The notes under the pieces were generated by a model. That model searched no databases. It had not been told where the DNA came from and saw only the letters and a list, made by a program, of their open reading frames with translations. Shown here in pieces: positions 14,266-27,049 of a DNA stretch of 64,000 bases (the stretch's first letter is position 1; every line of letters starts with the position of its first letter). A program made the translations under genes and the position numbers. The stretch is from Octopus vulgaris (taxonomy: Eukaryota), in assembly GCA_951406725.2 (NCBI GenBank), contig OX597820.1:71114001-71178000 (forward strand), written 5' to 3'.

Positions 14266-14784
14266 ATAGTCCTGGAACCTAACCCCTCCAAAAAATAAAA
14301 AAATTAAAAAAACAAAGTTCTCCTCTTCTAAACAAAAAAAAACCTGATATATCTAAATGAACAAAGATTTATCTAAATGAACAAACTGTTTGCACATTCA
14401 CAATTTTATTTGACAAGTTTGAAGATGAAGCACTAATAACAATGACTAAATAAAAAAAATATTTTTCCAAAATTCTGGCGACCTCCTCTTTTCTCAATAT
14501 TCAATATCTATACACCACTTCTAACACTCTATATATACATAAACACACACACACACTTATATACAAAATACACTTTAATTGAAATAATGTTTTCCCAAAA
14601 TTAACCACATCTAATATAATAAATGTGAATGTCAGTGCATTACACTTTTACAACTTTACTTCTAGAGGCTGTAGCCCAAAAATCATACTATTTTGGAAAG
14701 TAAATTAAAAACAGCCTGGGCTGAATCCGGACCCACAATCCTGGAAATTTTGGATTCCCAAGTTAGCAGCATATCTTTTCTTTT

Positions 14785-15072
14785 ATTCTTTTACTTGATT
14801 CAGTCATTTGACTGCGGCCATGCTGGAGCACCGCCTTTAATCGAGCAACTCGACCCCGGGACTTATTCTTTTGTAAGCCCAGTACTTATTCTATTGGTCT
14901 CTTTTGCCGAACTGTTAAGTAACGGGGACATAAACACACCAGCATCACAAGGCTTTGGTCGACTCAAGGCTATAGTAGAAGACACTTGCCCAAGGTGCCA
15001 CGCAGTGGGACTGAACCCAGAACCATGTGGTTGGTAAACAAGCTACCTACCACACAGCCACTCCTGCGCCTA
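14785..15072 (-). mobile_element. tRNA-derived SINE with internal deletion
   Basis: Head and tail of the dominant SINE are joined at ~14946. Confidence 0.85.
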
Positions 15073-15289
15073 TAGTGATTATTTGCGGCAACTTTTTACA
15101 TGATTTTTTTGTGACAAATTTTTTTGTACGATAACAATTTTTACAATCTAAAGGCCAACTGTGAGTAAATTAAAAACATTCCAGGCCAAATCCGGACCTG
15201 CACTCCTGAAGTTTGGATTCCTATGTTTTCATTACTGTGATTGCTTCAGGCAATTTTTTTATGTGATTATTTTTGTGACAAATACAATC

Positions 15290-15400
15290 ACCATTGGATA
15301 TATGACTATGAAGGAAGCATTTGAAACAAGTTCTCCAAAACAAGTCAGAGATCTGTTTGCAGATCTTCCCATTTGGGATCAGTTTCTTAAAAGCTATATA
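15290..15400 (+). mobile_element. Short Helitron RepHel coding fragment
   Basis: TMKEAFETSSPKQVRDLFADLPIWDQF resembles the Helitron 'L.EA....P.QLR.LFA...LW' segment between Rep and helicase. Confidence 0.5.
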
Positions 15401-15442
15401 CTAGCTTAAAGGCCACCTAACAGGGCAACTTTTAAGCTCGTA

Positions 15443-15477
<35 letters not shown>

Positions 15478-15521
15478 GAAAAGAATGGAGTCGAACGAAG
15501 ATTTTAACAAAATTCCTTTAC

Positions 15522-15601
15522 TTTCGACATATGTTTCGAAGACTGCATACTTTAATTCCGAAGGAATGAAGGTTGCATTATGCCGTCTTCTCATCAGGAA
15601 A
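15522..15601 (-). ncRNA. Type I minimal hammerhead ribozyme
   Basis: Minus strand: UUUC-CUGAUGA-GAAGACgGCAUA...UAUGCaGUCUUC-GAAA-C-AUAU-GUC-GAAA. Intact core, 4-bp stem I, long stem II, palindromic ACAUAUGU stem III and GUC triplet. Confidence 0.85.
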
Positions 15602-15736
15602 TACAAGGAACCTCTATCAGCCTCAATATGAACAAAAGCTTATTAATGACTGCCTACATGGTTTCCACAGTGGAAACCATGTAGGCAGCCATTAAGAAGC
15701 TTTTGTTCGTCTTGAGGCTGATAGAGGTTCCTTGTA

Positions 15737-15817
15737 TTTCCTGATGAGAAGACGGCATAATGCAACCTTCATTCCTTCGGAATTAAGAGTATGCAGTCTT
15801 CGAAACATATGTCGAGA
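15737..15817 (+). ncRNA. Type I minimal hammerhead ribozyme
   Basis: TTTC 15737-40, CTGATGA 15741-47, stem II 15748-59 with 15790-801, GAAA 15802-05, C-ATAT-GTC 15806-13, GAGA 15814-17. Confidence 0.85.
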
Positions 15818-16059
15818 GTAAAGGAATTTTGTTAAAATCTTCGTTTGACTCCATTCTTTTCATTTATTCATATAAAAAAACACACAAATTTCCACACACG
15901 AACACGGCGTTCTGCCCTTGGCATCTAACTTCAACCGTGTTTTACTGACGTGAATTTGCTACCCAGGTATCGATTAACCGAATTATACATACTAGGATAA
16001 TTCATTCATCTACTTAAATATATATATATATATATATGTGTGTGTGTATATATATATAA

Positions 16060-16101
<42 letters not shown>

Positions 16102-16310
16102 AAATGGAAAGATGAATTATCTTGTTAGGGATTATTCAAAAGTTTAACCGATACCTGGGTAGCAAAAATCACAGCAGAAAAAACACGGTTGGAGATAAGA
16201 CCATATGGTGTTGCAACCGTGCGTTGGTGCGGATAATTGAAGTTTAATATAATTAGTGATTGGAAGAAATGGAGTTGAACGAAGATTAGCACAGAATTCC
16301 TTTTATTACA

Positions 16311-16390
16311 TTCTACACATGTTTCAAAGGCCACAATTTTCCAAATTCTGATTAAATAAGGATACCATATTGCAGCTTTCTCTTCAGGAA
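16311..16390 (-). ncRNA. Type I minimal hammerhead ribozyme (diverged relative of the 15.5-kb family)
   Basis: Minus strand: UUC-CUGAAGA-GAAAGCUGCAAU...AUUGUGGCCUUU-GAAA-C-AUGU-GUA-GAA. Flanking 16120-16310 is homologous to 15820-16000. Confidence 0.75.
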
Positions 16391-16545
16391 AAACCAGGAA
16401 TTACGTTGTCAGAACAAAACAAAACAAAGGCGCAGCAAAGCAATTCGAACGAGGACGCTCGTTAAGAGCCCATATATATATTTAAGTAGATGAATGAATT
16501 TATATAAATATAAATATATATATAAATATAAATATATATATATAC

Positions 16546-16602
<57 letters not shown>

Positions 16603-16604
<2 letters not shown>

Positions 16605-17020
16605 GTGGCTGTGTGGTAAGTAGCTTGCTAACCAACCACATGGTTCCGGGTTCAGTCCCACTGCGTGGCATCTTGGGCAAGTGTCTTCTGCTATAGCCCC
16701 GGGCCGACCAATGCCTTGTGAGTGGATTTGGTAGACGGAAACTGAAAGAAGCCCGTCGTATATATGTATGTATATATATATATATATATATATATAAGTG
16801 TGTGTGTATATGTTTGTGTGTCTGTGTTTGTCCACCTAGCATTGCTTGACAACCGATGCTGGTGTGTTTACGTCCCCGTCACTTTGCGGTTCGGCAAAAG
16901 AGACCGATAGAATAAGTACTGGGCTTACAAAGAATAAGTCCCGGGGTTGATTTCCTCGACTAAAGGCGGTGCTCCAGCATGGCCGCAGTCAAATGACTGA
17001 AACAAGTAAAAAGAGTAAAA
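16603..17020 (+). mobile_element. tRNA-derived SINE, young near-consensus copy
   Basis: GTGGCTGTGTGGTAAG (A-box-like), GGTTCAGTCCC (B-box-like), internal microsatellite, tail GAAACAAGTAAAAAGAGTA; CpGs retained. Confidence 0.92.
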
Positions 17021-17028
17021 AAAGAGTA

Positions 17029-17098
<70 letters not shown>

Positions 17099-17105
<7 letters not shown>

Positions 17106-17474
17106 TAAATTAGAGATAAAACCACTATTAAGCAAATCATACAATGAAAAACTTAAGCCAATACATAAGATTAATTAATTTATATTATTTAAATATATAT
17201 CAAAATTATTAAAAAAGATAATTAGTATAACACTATGATCGTTTCATTGATTAAACCTCGCTAAGTTAAATATTTAAACCACCTGAAGAATGACTGTAAC
17301 TCGAAATTTTAAGAATTGGACAGCCATGAAACGATCGTAGTATTATACTAATTATCTTTTTTAATAATTTTGATATATATTTAAATAATATAAATTAATT
17401 AATCTTATGTATTGGCTTAAGTTTTTCATTGCATGATTTGCCTAATAGTGGTTTTATCTCTAATTTAATATAAT
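17099..17474 (+). mobile_element. Foldback element with hammerhead (inverted 3' copy + HHR + tail)
   Basis: Arms 17099-17247 and 17326-17474 are near-perfect reverse complements; the element lies between (TA)n tracts. Confidence 0.85.
17280..17342 (+). ncRNA. Type I minimal hammerhead ribozyme
   Basis: CAC-CTGAAGA(17283-89)-ATGaCTGT...ACAGcCAT-GAAA(17328-31)-C-GATC-GTA-GT. Palindromic ACGATCGT stem III; the inverted copy supports a GTG stem I partner. Confidence 0.78.
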
Positions 17475-17550
17475 ATAATATTTTACTATAAAATTGGATT
17501 CAATCCTAAATCTGATTTTTCCCTGTAAGTTTGGATTTATTCCCTAATAT

Positions 17551-18418
<868 letters not shown>

Positions 18419-19099
18419 GATATATATATATATATATACAGCGGGGTGTAGTATCTATGCCTCTTTGTCTTGACATTACCTGATAGTTGTGAATGTGTAT
18501 CCCCTTCATGCACGAGGTATCATTCATTTCCAAAGTTCCATGAAAATAGGTCCAGCCATGGGGAAGTATAACGTTCCTTGGACTGGTGTCAAGGACAACC
18601 AGCCTTAGAAAATTTACCTCAAGAAATTCTGTTTGACTTTTGCAAGCATGGAAAAGTAGATGCTAAAACAATGAAAATGTTGATGGTTGAGGCATTAGGT
18701 ATGCAAACTCCTGCTGCATTATGTGCAGCTTTCACTTGGGCAAAATGCACAATATACAGTTTCTGAAACTGAGATATTGGTTTCAAATTTTGGCACAACG
18801 TCAGTATTTTCAGGAGAGGGATAAGTTAATTACATCGACCTCAATGTTCAACTGGTACTATTTTATTTCATCATCATCATCATCATCGTTTAACGTCCGT
18901 TTTCCATGCTAACCATCCAACCCATGCTAGCATGGAAAACGGATGTTAAACGATGATGATGATGATGATGATGATGAAAGGATGAAAAGCAAAGTCAACC
19001 TTGCCAGAATGTGAAGATGGATGAGCTGTTGCTAAGCATTTCGCCTTGTGTGCCAAGAATTCTGCCAGCTCACCACTTTTTCAAAACTGAAATATTGAC

Positions 19100-19255
19100 A
19101 AAAGAATCTTGCAGGAGAAATAATATTTCTTAAAAAAAAGAAGCATACAGGAGAAATAACACAATTTCTTATAAAAAGAATCTTATAGGAGAAATAGCAT
19201 AATTTCTAACAAAAAAATCTTACAAGAGAAATAACATAATTTCTTATAAAAAAAA
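19100..19255. repeat. Minisatellite, ~4 x 37-38 bp
   Basis: Unit AAAAGAATCTTACAGGAGAAATAACATAATTTCTTAT repeated with variation. Confidence 0.8.
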
Positions 19256-20204
19256 CTCAACCAAAAAACCTAGGAACAGTTTGTTGCATTCGTTTTAAGT
19301 TAGGATTATGAAAGATTTGTCACAGAAAAATTTAAAATGTCGAACAGTTAAAGAGATTTAAATGGTTGAACTTATATACCATGATAAAACTTATCACATG
19401 CATTAGAGGATGTCTACTAGAACTATACATCGTAACTCCAATCTTCCTCTACTTAACAGAGGCAAAAATAGGCAAATGATTAGAAAGATACTCATTGAGT
19501 CTACCTCAATCCCCATCTCTAATTTTCACAGCCTTTTCCTTCTACTGAATTTACCCACCCACTTTTTCTGTTCCTTTATTCCTATTCTCCATTATATTCA
19601 CCCCTTTTACCTTGACCCCATAACTCTGTCTTTCTGATATGTCCTGCATTATGTATCTTCATTGTTTGCATGACTGGCCCATATGGTGTTCCTCACTGAC
19701 TGACACTGCTAGCTGTGTCTGTCCATTACTTATCAGTAATGGAACAGCCCACTTCTCACTTGGGGGTGTCTGTCACAACACTTTCCAAATGGAAAACCAT
19801 ATATTCATGTCTTCAGCAAGATACCTGCTCCTATATCACATTTTCATATCCCTCAATACTACACCCAACTCAGTTGATGGATCTTTTATTGTGAGTACTT
19901 GGTGACCTCATCCATGCTGGTGGCAACCGGTTCACTTCATGGCAGGGTCAAAAATAAGAACGGCATCCGCATCCGGCACTAGAAACTATGCCAAACTATG
20001 TCAGTCTAGCCCTCTAATTTGTCAGTTCGTATCAAACTGTCAAACCCATACCAACATGAAAATGGGGATGTTAAAAGACAATGATGATGATTGCAAACAA
20101 ACAACCTCACCTGTATGACAATAAGGCTCATTTACAACCACCACATAATTTCAAGACAAGGGTACACACACTCTTATGAAGATGGATTCTTTCAGTTTCC
20201 ATAC

Positions 20205-20715
20205 TCTTTTACTCTTACTTGTTTCAGTCATTTGACTGTGGCCATGCTGGAGCACCGCCTTTAGTAGAGCACATCGACCACAGGACTTATTCTTTGGAAG
20301 CCTAGTACTTATTCTATCAGTCTCTTTTGCCGAACCGCTAAGTTACTAGGACGTAACACACCAGCATCGGTTGTCAAGCGATGTTGGGGGGGACAAACAC
20401 AGACACACAAACATATACATATACACATATATATTTATATACGATGGGCTGGTTTCAGTTTCCGTCTACCAAATCCACTCACAAAGCTTTGGATGGCCTT
20501 GCCCATGGTGCCATGCAGTGGGACTGAACCCGGAACCATGTTGTTAGTAAGCAAGCTACTTACCACACAGCCACTCCTATGCCTATATACCAAATCCATT
20601 CACAAGGCTTTGGTCAACCCAGGGCTATAGTAGAAGACACCTGCCCAAGGTGCCACACAGTAGGACTGAACCTAAGACCATATGGTTGGGATGCAAGTTT
20701 CTTACACACACAGTG
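20205..20715 (-). mobile_element. tRNA-derived SINE plus adjacent partial copy
   Basis: Homology to the dominant SINE. Confidence 0.88.
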
Positions 20716-20957
20716 ACACATGCGCTCACACACACACACACACACATATTCATACATGCAGACAAGCATTCTATTCAGCAATATATTAGTCATTCATCTG
20801 TTTAATTTCCTACAAACGAGACATAAAATCTGAACTTCCTCAAACTTTAGGATTTACAAAAAGATTAACATTACATTTCTAATAATTGACACTTTTATGA
20901 AAATGCTTAAATTTTGTAATTCTAAACCAAAATGAAAAATGTGTAAAACCTAAATGG

Positions 20958-21053
<96 letters not shown>

Positions 21054-21481
21054 TAAAAATAAATGTATTAAGATATTACCGAATGTTTATGTAATCTTTA
21101 AATAGCAGTAAGCATCTGTGTTAAATTACCAGATACTATTTTGATGAACAGCAGAAAAATCAAGATATGAAAAAAGAATTATTAAAGAAGAAATTCTGAA
21201 TTATGCAATAAGTGGACTAAACAAAGATGGTGAAGCAAGTCTCAAATGATTCAGCAGACATTAAAATCACAAGGTGTTTAACATTCAATTCCCATGCCAG
21301 TAAATTAACAGGTGTAGCAGTGTGGTTAGACAGCTTGCTTCTCAACCATGTGGTGTGGGGTTCAATCTCGCTCTGTGCCACCTTGAGGAAAATGTTTTCT
21401 ACTACAGCCCCAAACTGACAAAAACCAAATCACTGAGAGTGCATTCAGTTGATGGAAACTGAAAGAAGCCTATCATGCATA

Positions 21482-21524
<43 letters not shown>

Positions 21525-21815
21525 ATGAATTCTACTTGTAATTCAAAGGGCCAGCCTTGTTGCATTCTCTGTCACGCTGAACCACCCTGAGAACTATATT
21601 AAGGGTACTTGTGTCTGTGGAGTGCTCAGCCACTAGCATGTTAATTTCCATTGATCAGCTGGAACCTACATCATCATAACCAACAGAGTGCCGGTTGTGT
21701 ATGTGAGTGTGAATACGTCTTGACATCATGTGATGATTGCAAACATGCATTATCATCATAAAAGCAATGTTGTTCATTTCCAATCTGTAATGGAAAACAT
21801 GTCGAGCCATGGAGA

Positions 21816-22180
21816 AATAATAATAATAATAATGAAATTATTGTATACAGTGCTCAGGTGCACCACAACTTGTCAGAAGGTGCATATAAAGTACATGCAG
21901 TAATGTAAAAATGTCTGGAAAGCAAACAATGTATGAGTCAGATACATGCTTGTGTGTGTATGGAGGGGAGAAAATCAGGTGTAGTGTTGGCGAATCTCAG
22001 AAAGCATGGAAGTTTTGAAGGATGCAGTGCTCCGACAACTAACAACTGATGCCGGCAGTTTGTTCCATGCTTCAGCAACTCTCAGTGTGAAAAAATGTTT
22101 CCTAGAGTCATGGGAGCTGTGCTGTTTTCTGACTTTGTAAATATGTCCACGGGTGTTAGATGGGTGGAGTTTGAAAATAT
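21816..22180 (-). mobile_element. CR1-type LINE 3' end with (ATT)n tail
   Basis: TRGHIYKVRK...RKHFFTLRVAEAWNKLPASVV...FK is the typical CR1 ORF2 C-terminus, followed by a short UTR and (ATT)n. Confidence 0.88.
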
Positions 22181-22627
22181 TATTACTGTGCTGAGAAACA
22201 GATAAGGGTTGGCAACTGGAAGAGCATTCAGCTGTAGAATCTTTGTCCCTACAAATTTCGTCTGGCCCATGTAAACATAGAAAAATGGATGCTATATGAT
22301 GACAATAATAATGATTATAATGATGATGGTGAAAAGACTGCATCATAGTGTTTATTTAAGTCTATGCACTCTGAGTTCAAATCCTACCAAAGTCAACTTC
22401 GTCTGCCATATTTTTGGAGGAGCAATACAAAGGTACCAATAGAGGGCGGTGGAAGTATGTTTACTTCCACTAAATTAAAATGCAAAGAGTAACAAGCTGC
22501 TTTGGTATAATGGTCGTTTCATGGCTAAACAATATTCAGCAGTTTATGTAGGTGATCCTGTCCACTTGAAAAAGACATCATGACCAGTTCCCCTCATCAT
22601 TATCGCAGTATAGTACAAGCAATGAAG

Positions 22628-22822
22628 GAGCAAGAGGGGGAGAGGAGGAGAGAGAGGGGAGAGGAGGAGAGTGAGGGGAGAGGAGGAGAGTGAGGGGAGA
22701 GGAGAGAGGGGAGGAGGAGAAAGGGGAGAGGAGAGGAGAGAGGGGAGAGGAGGAGAGAGAAAAGGGAGAGGAGGAGAGAGAGAGGGGAGAGGAGGAGAGA
22801 GAGAGAGAGCGGGGAGAGAGAG
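22628..22822. repeat. Polypurine (GGAGA)-rich tract
   Basis: Almost exclusively G/A on the plus strand for ~195 bp. Confidence 0.9.
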
Positions 22823-25800
22823 ATGAAGTGAGCATAGTACTTCACTGGTTCTATATTTATCAACCCTGTAATGCTGAAAGGCAAACTTAACCTTAGTGGG
22901 ATTTGAACTCTGAAGACAAAGACTCAAATTACTTATTGCAAAGCATTTATTTGACACTCAATCAATTCTACTAATCAACTGTCTTAATATGTCTATATGC
23001 ATACAGTTTATCAATACAATATACTATGTAATATATATTAGTAGAAACATATCCTCCACTAAGCACATCATAATTTGGATGATTAGATTTGATTCTGTCA
23101 AGTGAAGTATCTCCAACAACATTCTGCTATCTTCAAGATAGCATGTTAGCACTTGTATGACAATACAAAAGAAAAATATAGCACTGAAATTAAATTTTCA
23201 GTTATTAGTTAAGAGAGAAAAAAATATTTGAATAGTTGATATGAAAATCAATGTAGCTATGTTTTCACTCTGTTGAGTTCTGCTTGAACAAACTTATTAC
23301 ATAAAAGTCTCTACCTTAAAATATGTGATTGGTATCACTGTTTTTTTTTATGATTATTTTGTTCTGTGATTTAGCATATAAAATAAGTGCTTTCACTTTT
23401 AAAGATGGTAAGGAGTTTGAATTTGGATACTACCATGTGGAAATTCCTTCATCAACGTACAATATGAGTTCTAAAATATTGATCAATAGAAAACTGTAGA
23501 GAGAGGAATAGCAAAGTTTTTACAAGAATCTCTATAATATTTTCACTTCAGAATGTAGTCAATATGCTGTTTAGTCAAACAAATTTTTAAACTATATATT
23601 TCCTGGACAGAAATTTCATTTTTCAAGTTGATCAAGAAAATTTTGTTCATATGACGAAATAGAGAAAGAAAGAAAAAGGATAAATATTTATTTTTCTTTC
23701 ATACTAGAAAGTTAAAGAGGGCAACCTGCTTAACTTTTCTTGATCAGAGGTGACCAATCTTTTGGTCTTCAAGAGAAATGGGAAATGTCAAAGAAACCAT
23801 TTCCAAAGGAATTAGCAGCATAATTGAAGTGAAATAGCTACAATGAGATATCAAAGCCAGGTCACAAACTTGATTCACCAAAAGTTTATCTCTTTCTCTA
23901 TGAAACCTGCTACTGAGTGATACACAATAGATTAAAAATCTAGCCCAACATAACCAGCCTTAACAGAAACCATACTGCTTGCCAATAAAACTGAATTATC
24001 AATGTCATCTCTCAGATAGCAATTATTGTATTTTACCTGATAAGGCTTCCTGTTCAGAATAAAGTCAATCTGATAGCTAATATTCTTCGTTATATCAGGA
24101 ATAAAAAAGTAAAACAAAATAAAATCAATAATACCTGCATAGATCCTTTCTTAAAGAGCCACAAACATTTAGCAGACTACTGAGCTGCATTATCCTAATA
24201 TGTTTATTGCTATCTCAATGGTCTTCCTTAATGTAATTCTCTGCAGCAACCAAAAGCATTCTTAAATCAATTTTTCAATATCGCAAAGAACAATGAGTAT
24301 AAACACTGGCACCAAGGATACAGATTTTGTAGGGGAGAGATATTGTTAAGTGAATCATCCCCACTTATACAACTGGTCCTTATCATATTTAATGATAAAC
24401 TGTCTTGGAAAATCACCCCAGGTCCTAAATGCAAATTTGGGTCTATATTACTAGCGTTAAGGCACTATTTTTTGTGAACATGCACTGTTGAAATTGGGGT
24501 ACATCTCTTATGACCATACATTTTTTATGCAATCAAATATGGTATTTTTTAACCAGCCCTGGAGGAATTAGAATCAACCCTAACAGGATTCAAACTCAGA
24601 ATTTAGAGGAATAGAACAGAGTAGTGAAAGGTTTTATATTATTTGTTACTCCACTGAGATTTACCTCAATCAATTCTAAGAACAGCAATTTGTTACAGTC
24701 AGCTATTTATCTGCATCTGTAACTGCAGACTGGGGCTGGAAGTTGCCGATGCATAAAAGATACCAGTCTCTGTGCTACCATTGTCCAAGTGAAAGGTCAC
24801 TGCTTTTGACCATTATAGCTTGGCACCAGCATCTTCACAGACATTGCCATCAGAATACAATAGGCTTGAACAGATACCACAAGAAATCATGTCTGATGCT
24901 CTACCAGTTCTGCAAATCCCTCATTTCAGATTGAAGGGAATTGTTGACCTTGATGGGATTTGAGCTCAGAGTCAGAAGAAGTGCTGTTAGCCATTCTAAT
25001 CAATGTTCCAATAACAACCTATTCACTAACTTATCTCTAATAATAATTATCATCATCATGATTTAACATCTGCTTTCCATGCTGGCAAAGATTGGATGGT
25101 TTGACAGAAACTAACAAACTAGAGGACTGCACCAAGCTTCAGTATTTGCTTGGCATGGTTTCTATGTCAGGGTGTCCTTCATAATGCCAACCACTTTGCA
25201 GAGTGCACTGGATACTTTTTATGTGGCATAAGATCCTCCTCAACTGTGTTGGGCAGTAGTATTGACAGAGATGGCTTCATACCAGGTGATGAGAGGTTAA
25301 AGTGACAGGAATAGGTATAATACAGTAGGGGAGGTACATGGTACATGGTTACCCCAGTAGGAAAATAGAGAGGATGCTCATGAAAATATGCCTTCTATTT
25401 GATATATTTGATAAAGCTACATATTTTTAGGGAGAGAGGGACATAATGAATTGAAATGGAGTCCTGGTTTCCGTTTTATTGACCCCTGCAAACATAAAAA
25501 GCTATGTCAGTACCAACAAGGTTTGAACATAAGTATATAAACAAACGAAACTAAATATTACATAATACATTTAACACTTTGTTCTACAAGTCTACCATCG
25601 CTCCACCACTTTTATCTATAAGTAACATAATAATGAAAGTAAAAATATTCTCCTCAATATAATGCAGACCTGATATTATCGAAAAGTGGCCAGCAAAATA
25701 ATAAAATTATCATGTAAACATTCATGGTATCAGATATGAACAGTTCAAACAAAATGACATATTCCAACATAAATATAATTGAATAATTATAATTATCTTA

Positions 25801-27049
25801 AATCTCGAAGCCAATAATCAGAGGAAATTATTTGGTAACATTTTGAAAAAAATTTATAAATTCTACCACATTCTGGCAATATTACAAATTGTTATATCAC
25901 AACTTGTACTAATTCCTAAAATTATTTTGAGGTAATTGATGTCATTCTGTATCACATAAGTTAAAAAAAAAAAAACAGTTAATTCTTGCATAAATTCCAA
26001 GGATGTACAGCACTCATGTTTAACTCCTACTTCTGAAGTGTCAAATGAATCAACAACTTGATTTCCCCAGGATTTGTTGATTATCTGTCAGAATTAACCT
26101 CCCCTAAATCTATTTTCCATAATGTAGAAGCAAAACATCAAAATAGATATTGTATAAATGAAGATATTGTATCAGCTCAAAATTCTCAAATCAAAATCCA
26201 CTAACAAGCCAATGAAAAGGTTTTATGCAGTCCAAAATGGAGACGAGTACAAGCATGGCGGGCTAGATAATTGTTAAGAGATTTTACTCACATGAAACCA
26301 TTGGTAGCCTTCTTAACCCACAAATAAAGTCTATGTGTGCATATATATATATATACATATATATATACATACACACACACATATAAATGCATGTAAATGT
26401 GTGTGAAGTGTGCCAGCACATTTGTGTATGTTTCTATCTCCTTACCTTAAAATTATGTGATAGTTGGAAAGAGGTGAGGGCTGACAACATGAAGAGCATC
26501 CACCCATAGAAAATCTGCTTCAACAAATCCTGTCCAACCCCTGTGAGCATCAAAAAGTGGATGGCAAAACAAGGATGACAGAGATGATGGTGAACTACGA
26601 GTTTCTCGTCTACTGTTTTATGCACCCAGCCTATTGTCATAGAAGCTCATATGAAAATGTATTCCTTGATAGATCATTATCAAAGCCTTTATCTTCACAT
26701 AGTATTAAGGCACCAATGTAAGACTGACAGAATCCATCCAGGATTTTGACAACAGAGAAAAACTATAGCTATAAAATATGAAGTGAAAATGACCAAATCA
26801 GAAACAGAAGCTGTATCAGACAACAATGCCACCAAGACCCTATGCAGCAAACTTCAATTACCCAGCACTACTAGAAATAGCAACCAAATCTACTTTAAAC
26901 TATACCCTAAATATCTTTGAAAAGAGACAGATGAGACAATGTAATCTTAGATATACAATAACTGAGAGAAGGATTGATTAGCTATGGTTGGAGTGTCTTT
27001 AATTATACAGCTAAATAGACACTCACACATAAACTAAATTTATTTTATA

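Larger units (their letters stand above)
15471..16020. mobile_element. Palindromic hammerhead-bearing element (Penelope pLTR-like)
   Basis: ~198-bp arms 15471-15668 and 15670-15868 around a single-nt centre (15669), with a tail to ~16020 and (TA)n on both flanks. Each arm holds a hammerhead core. Confidence 0.85.
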
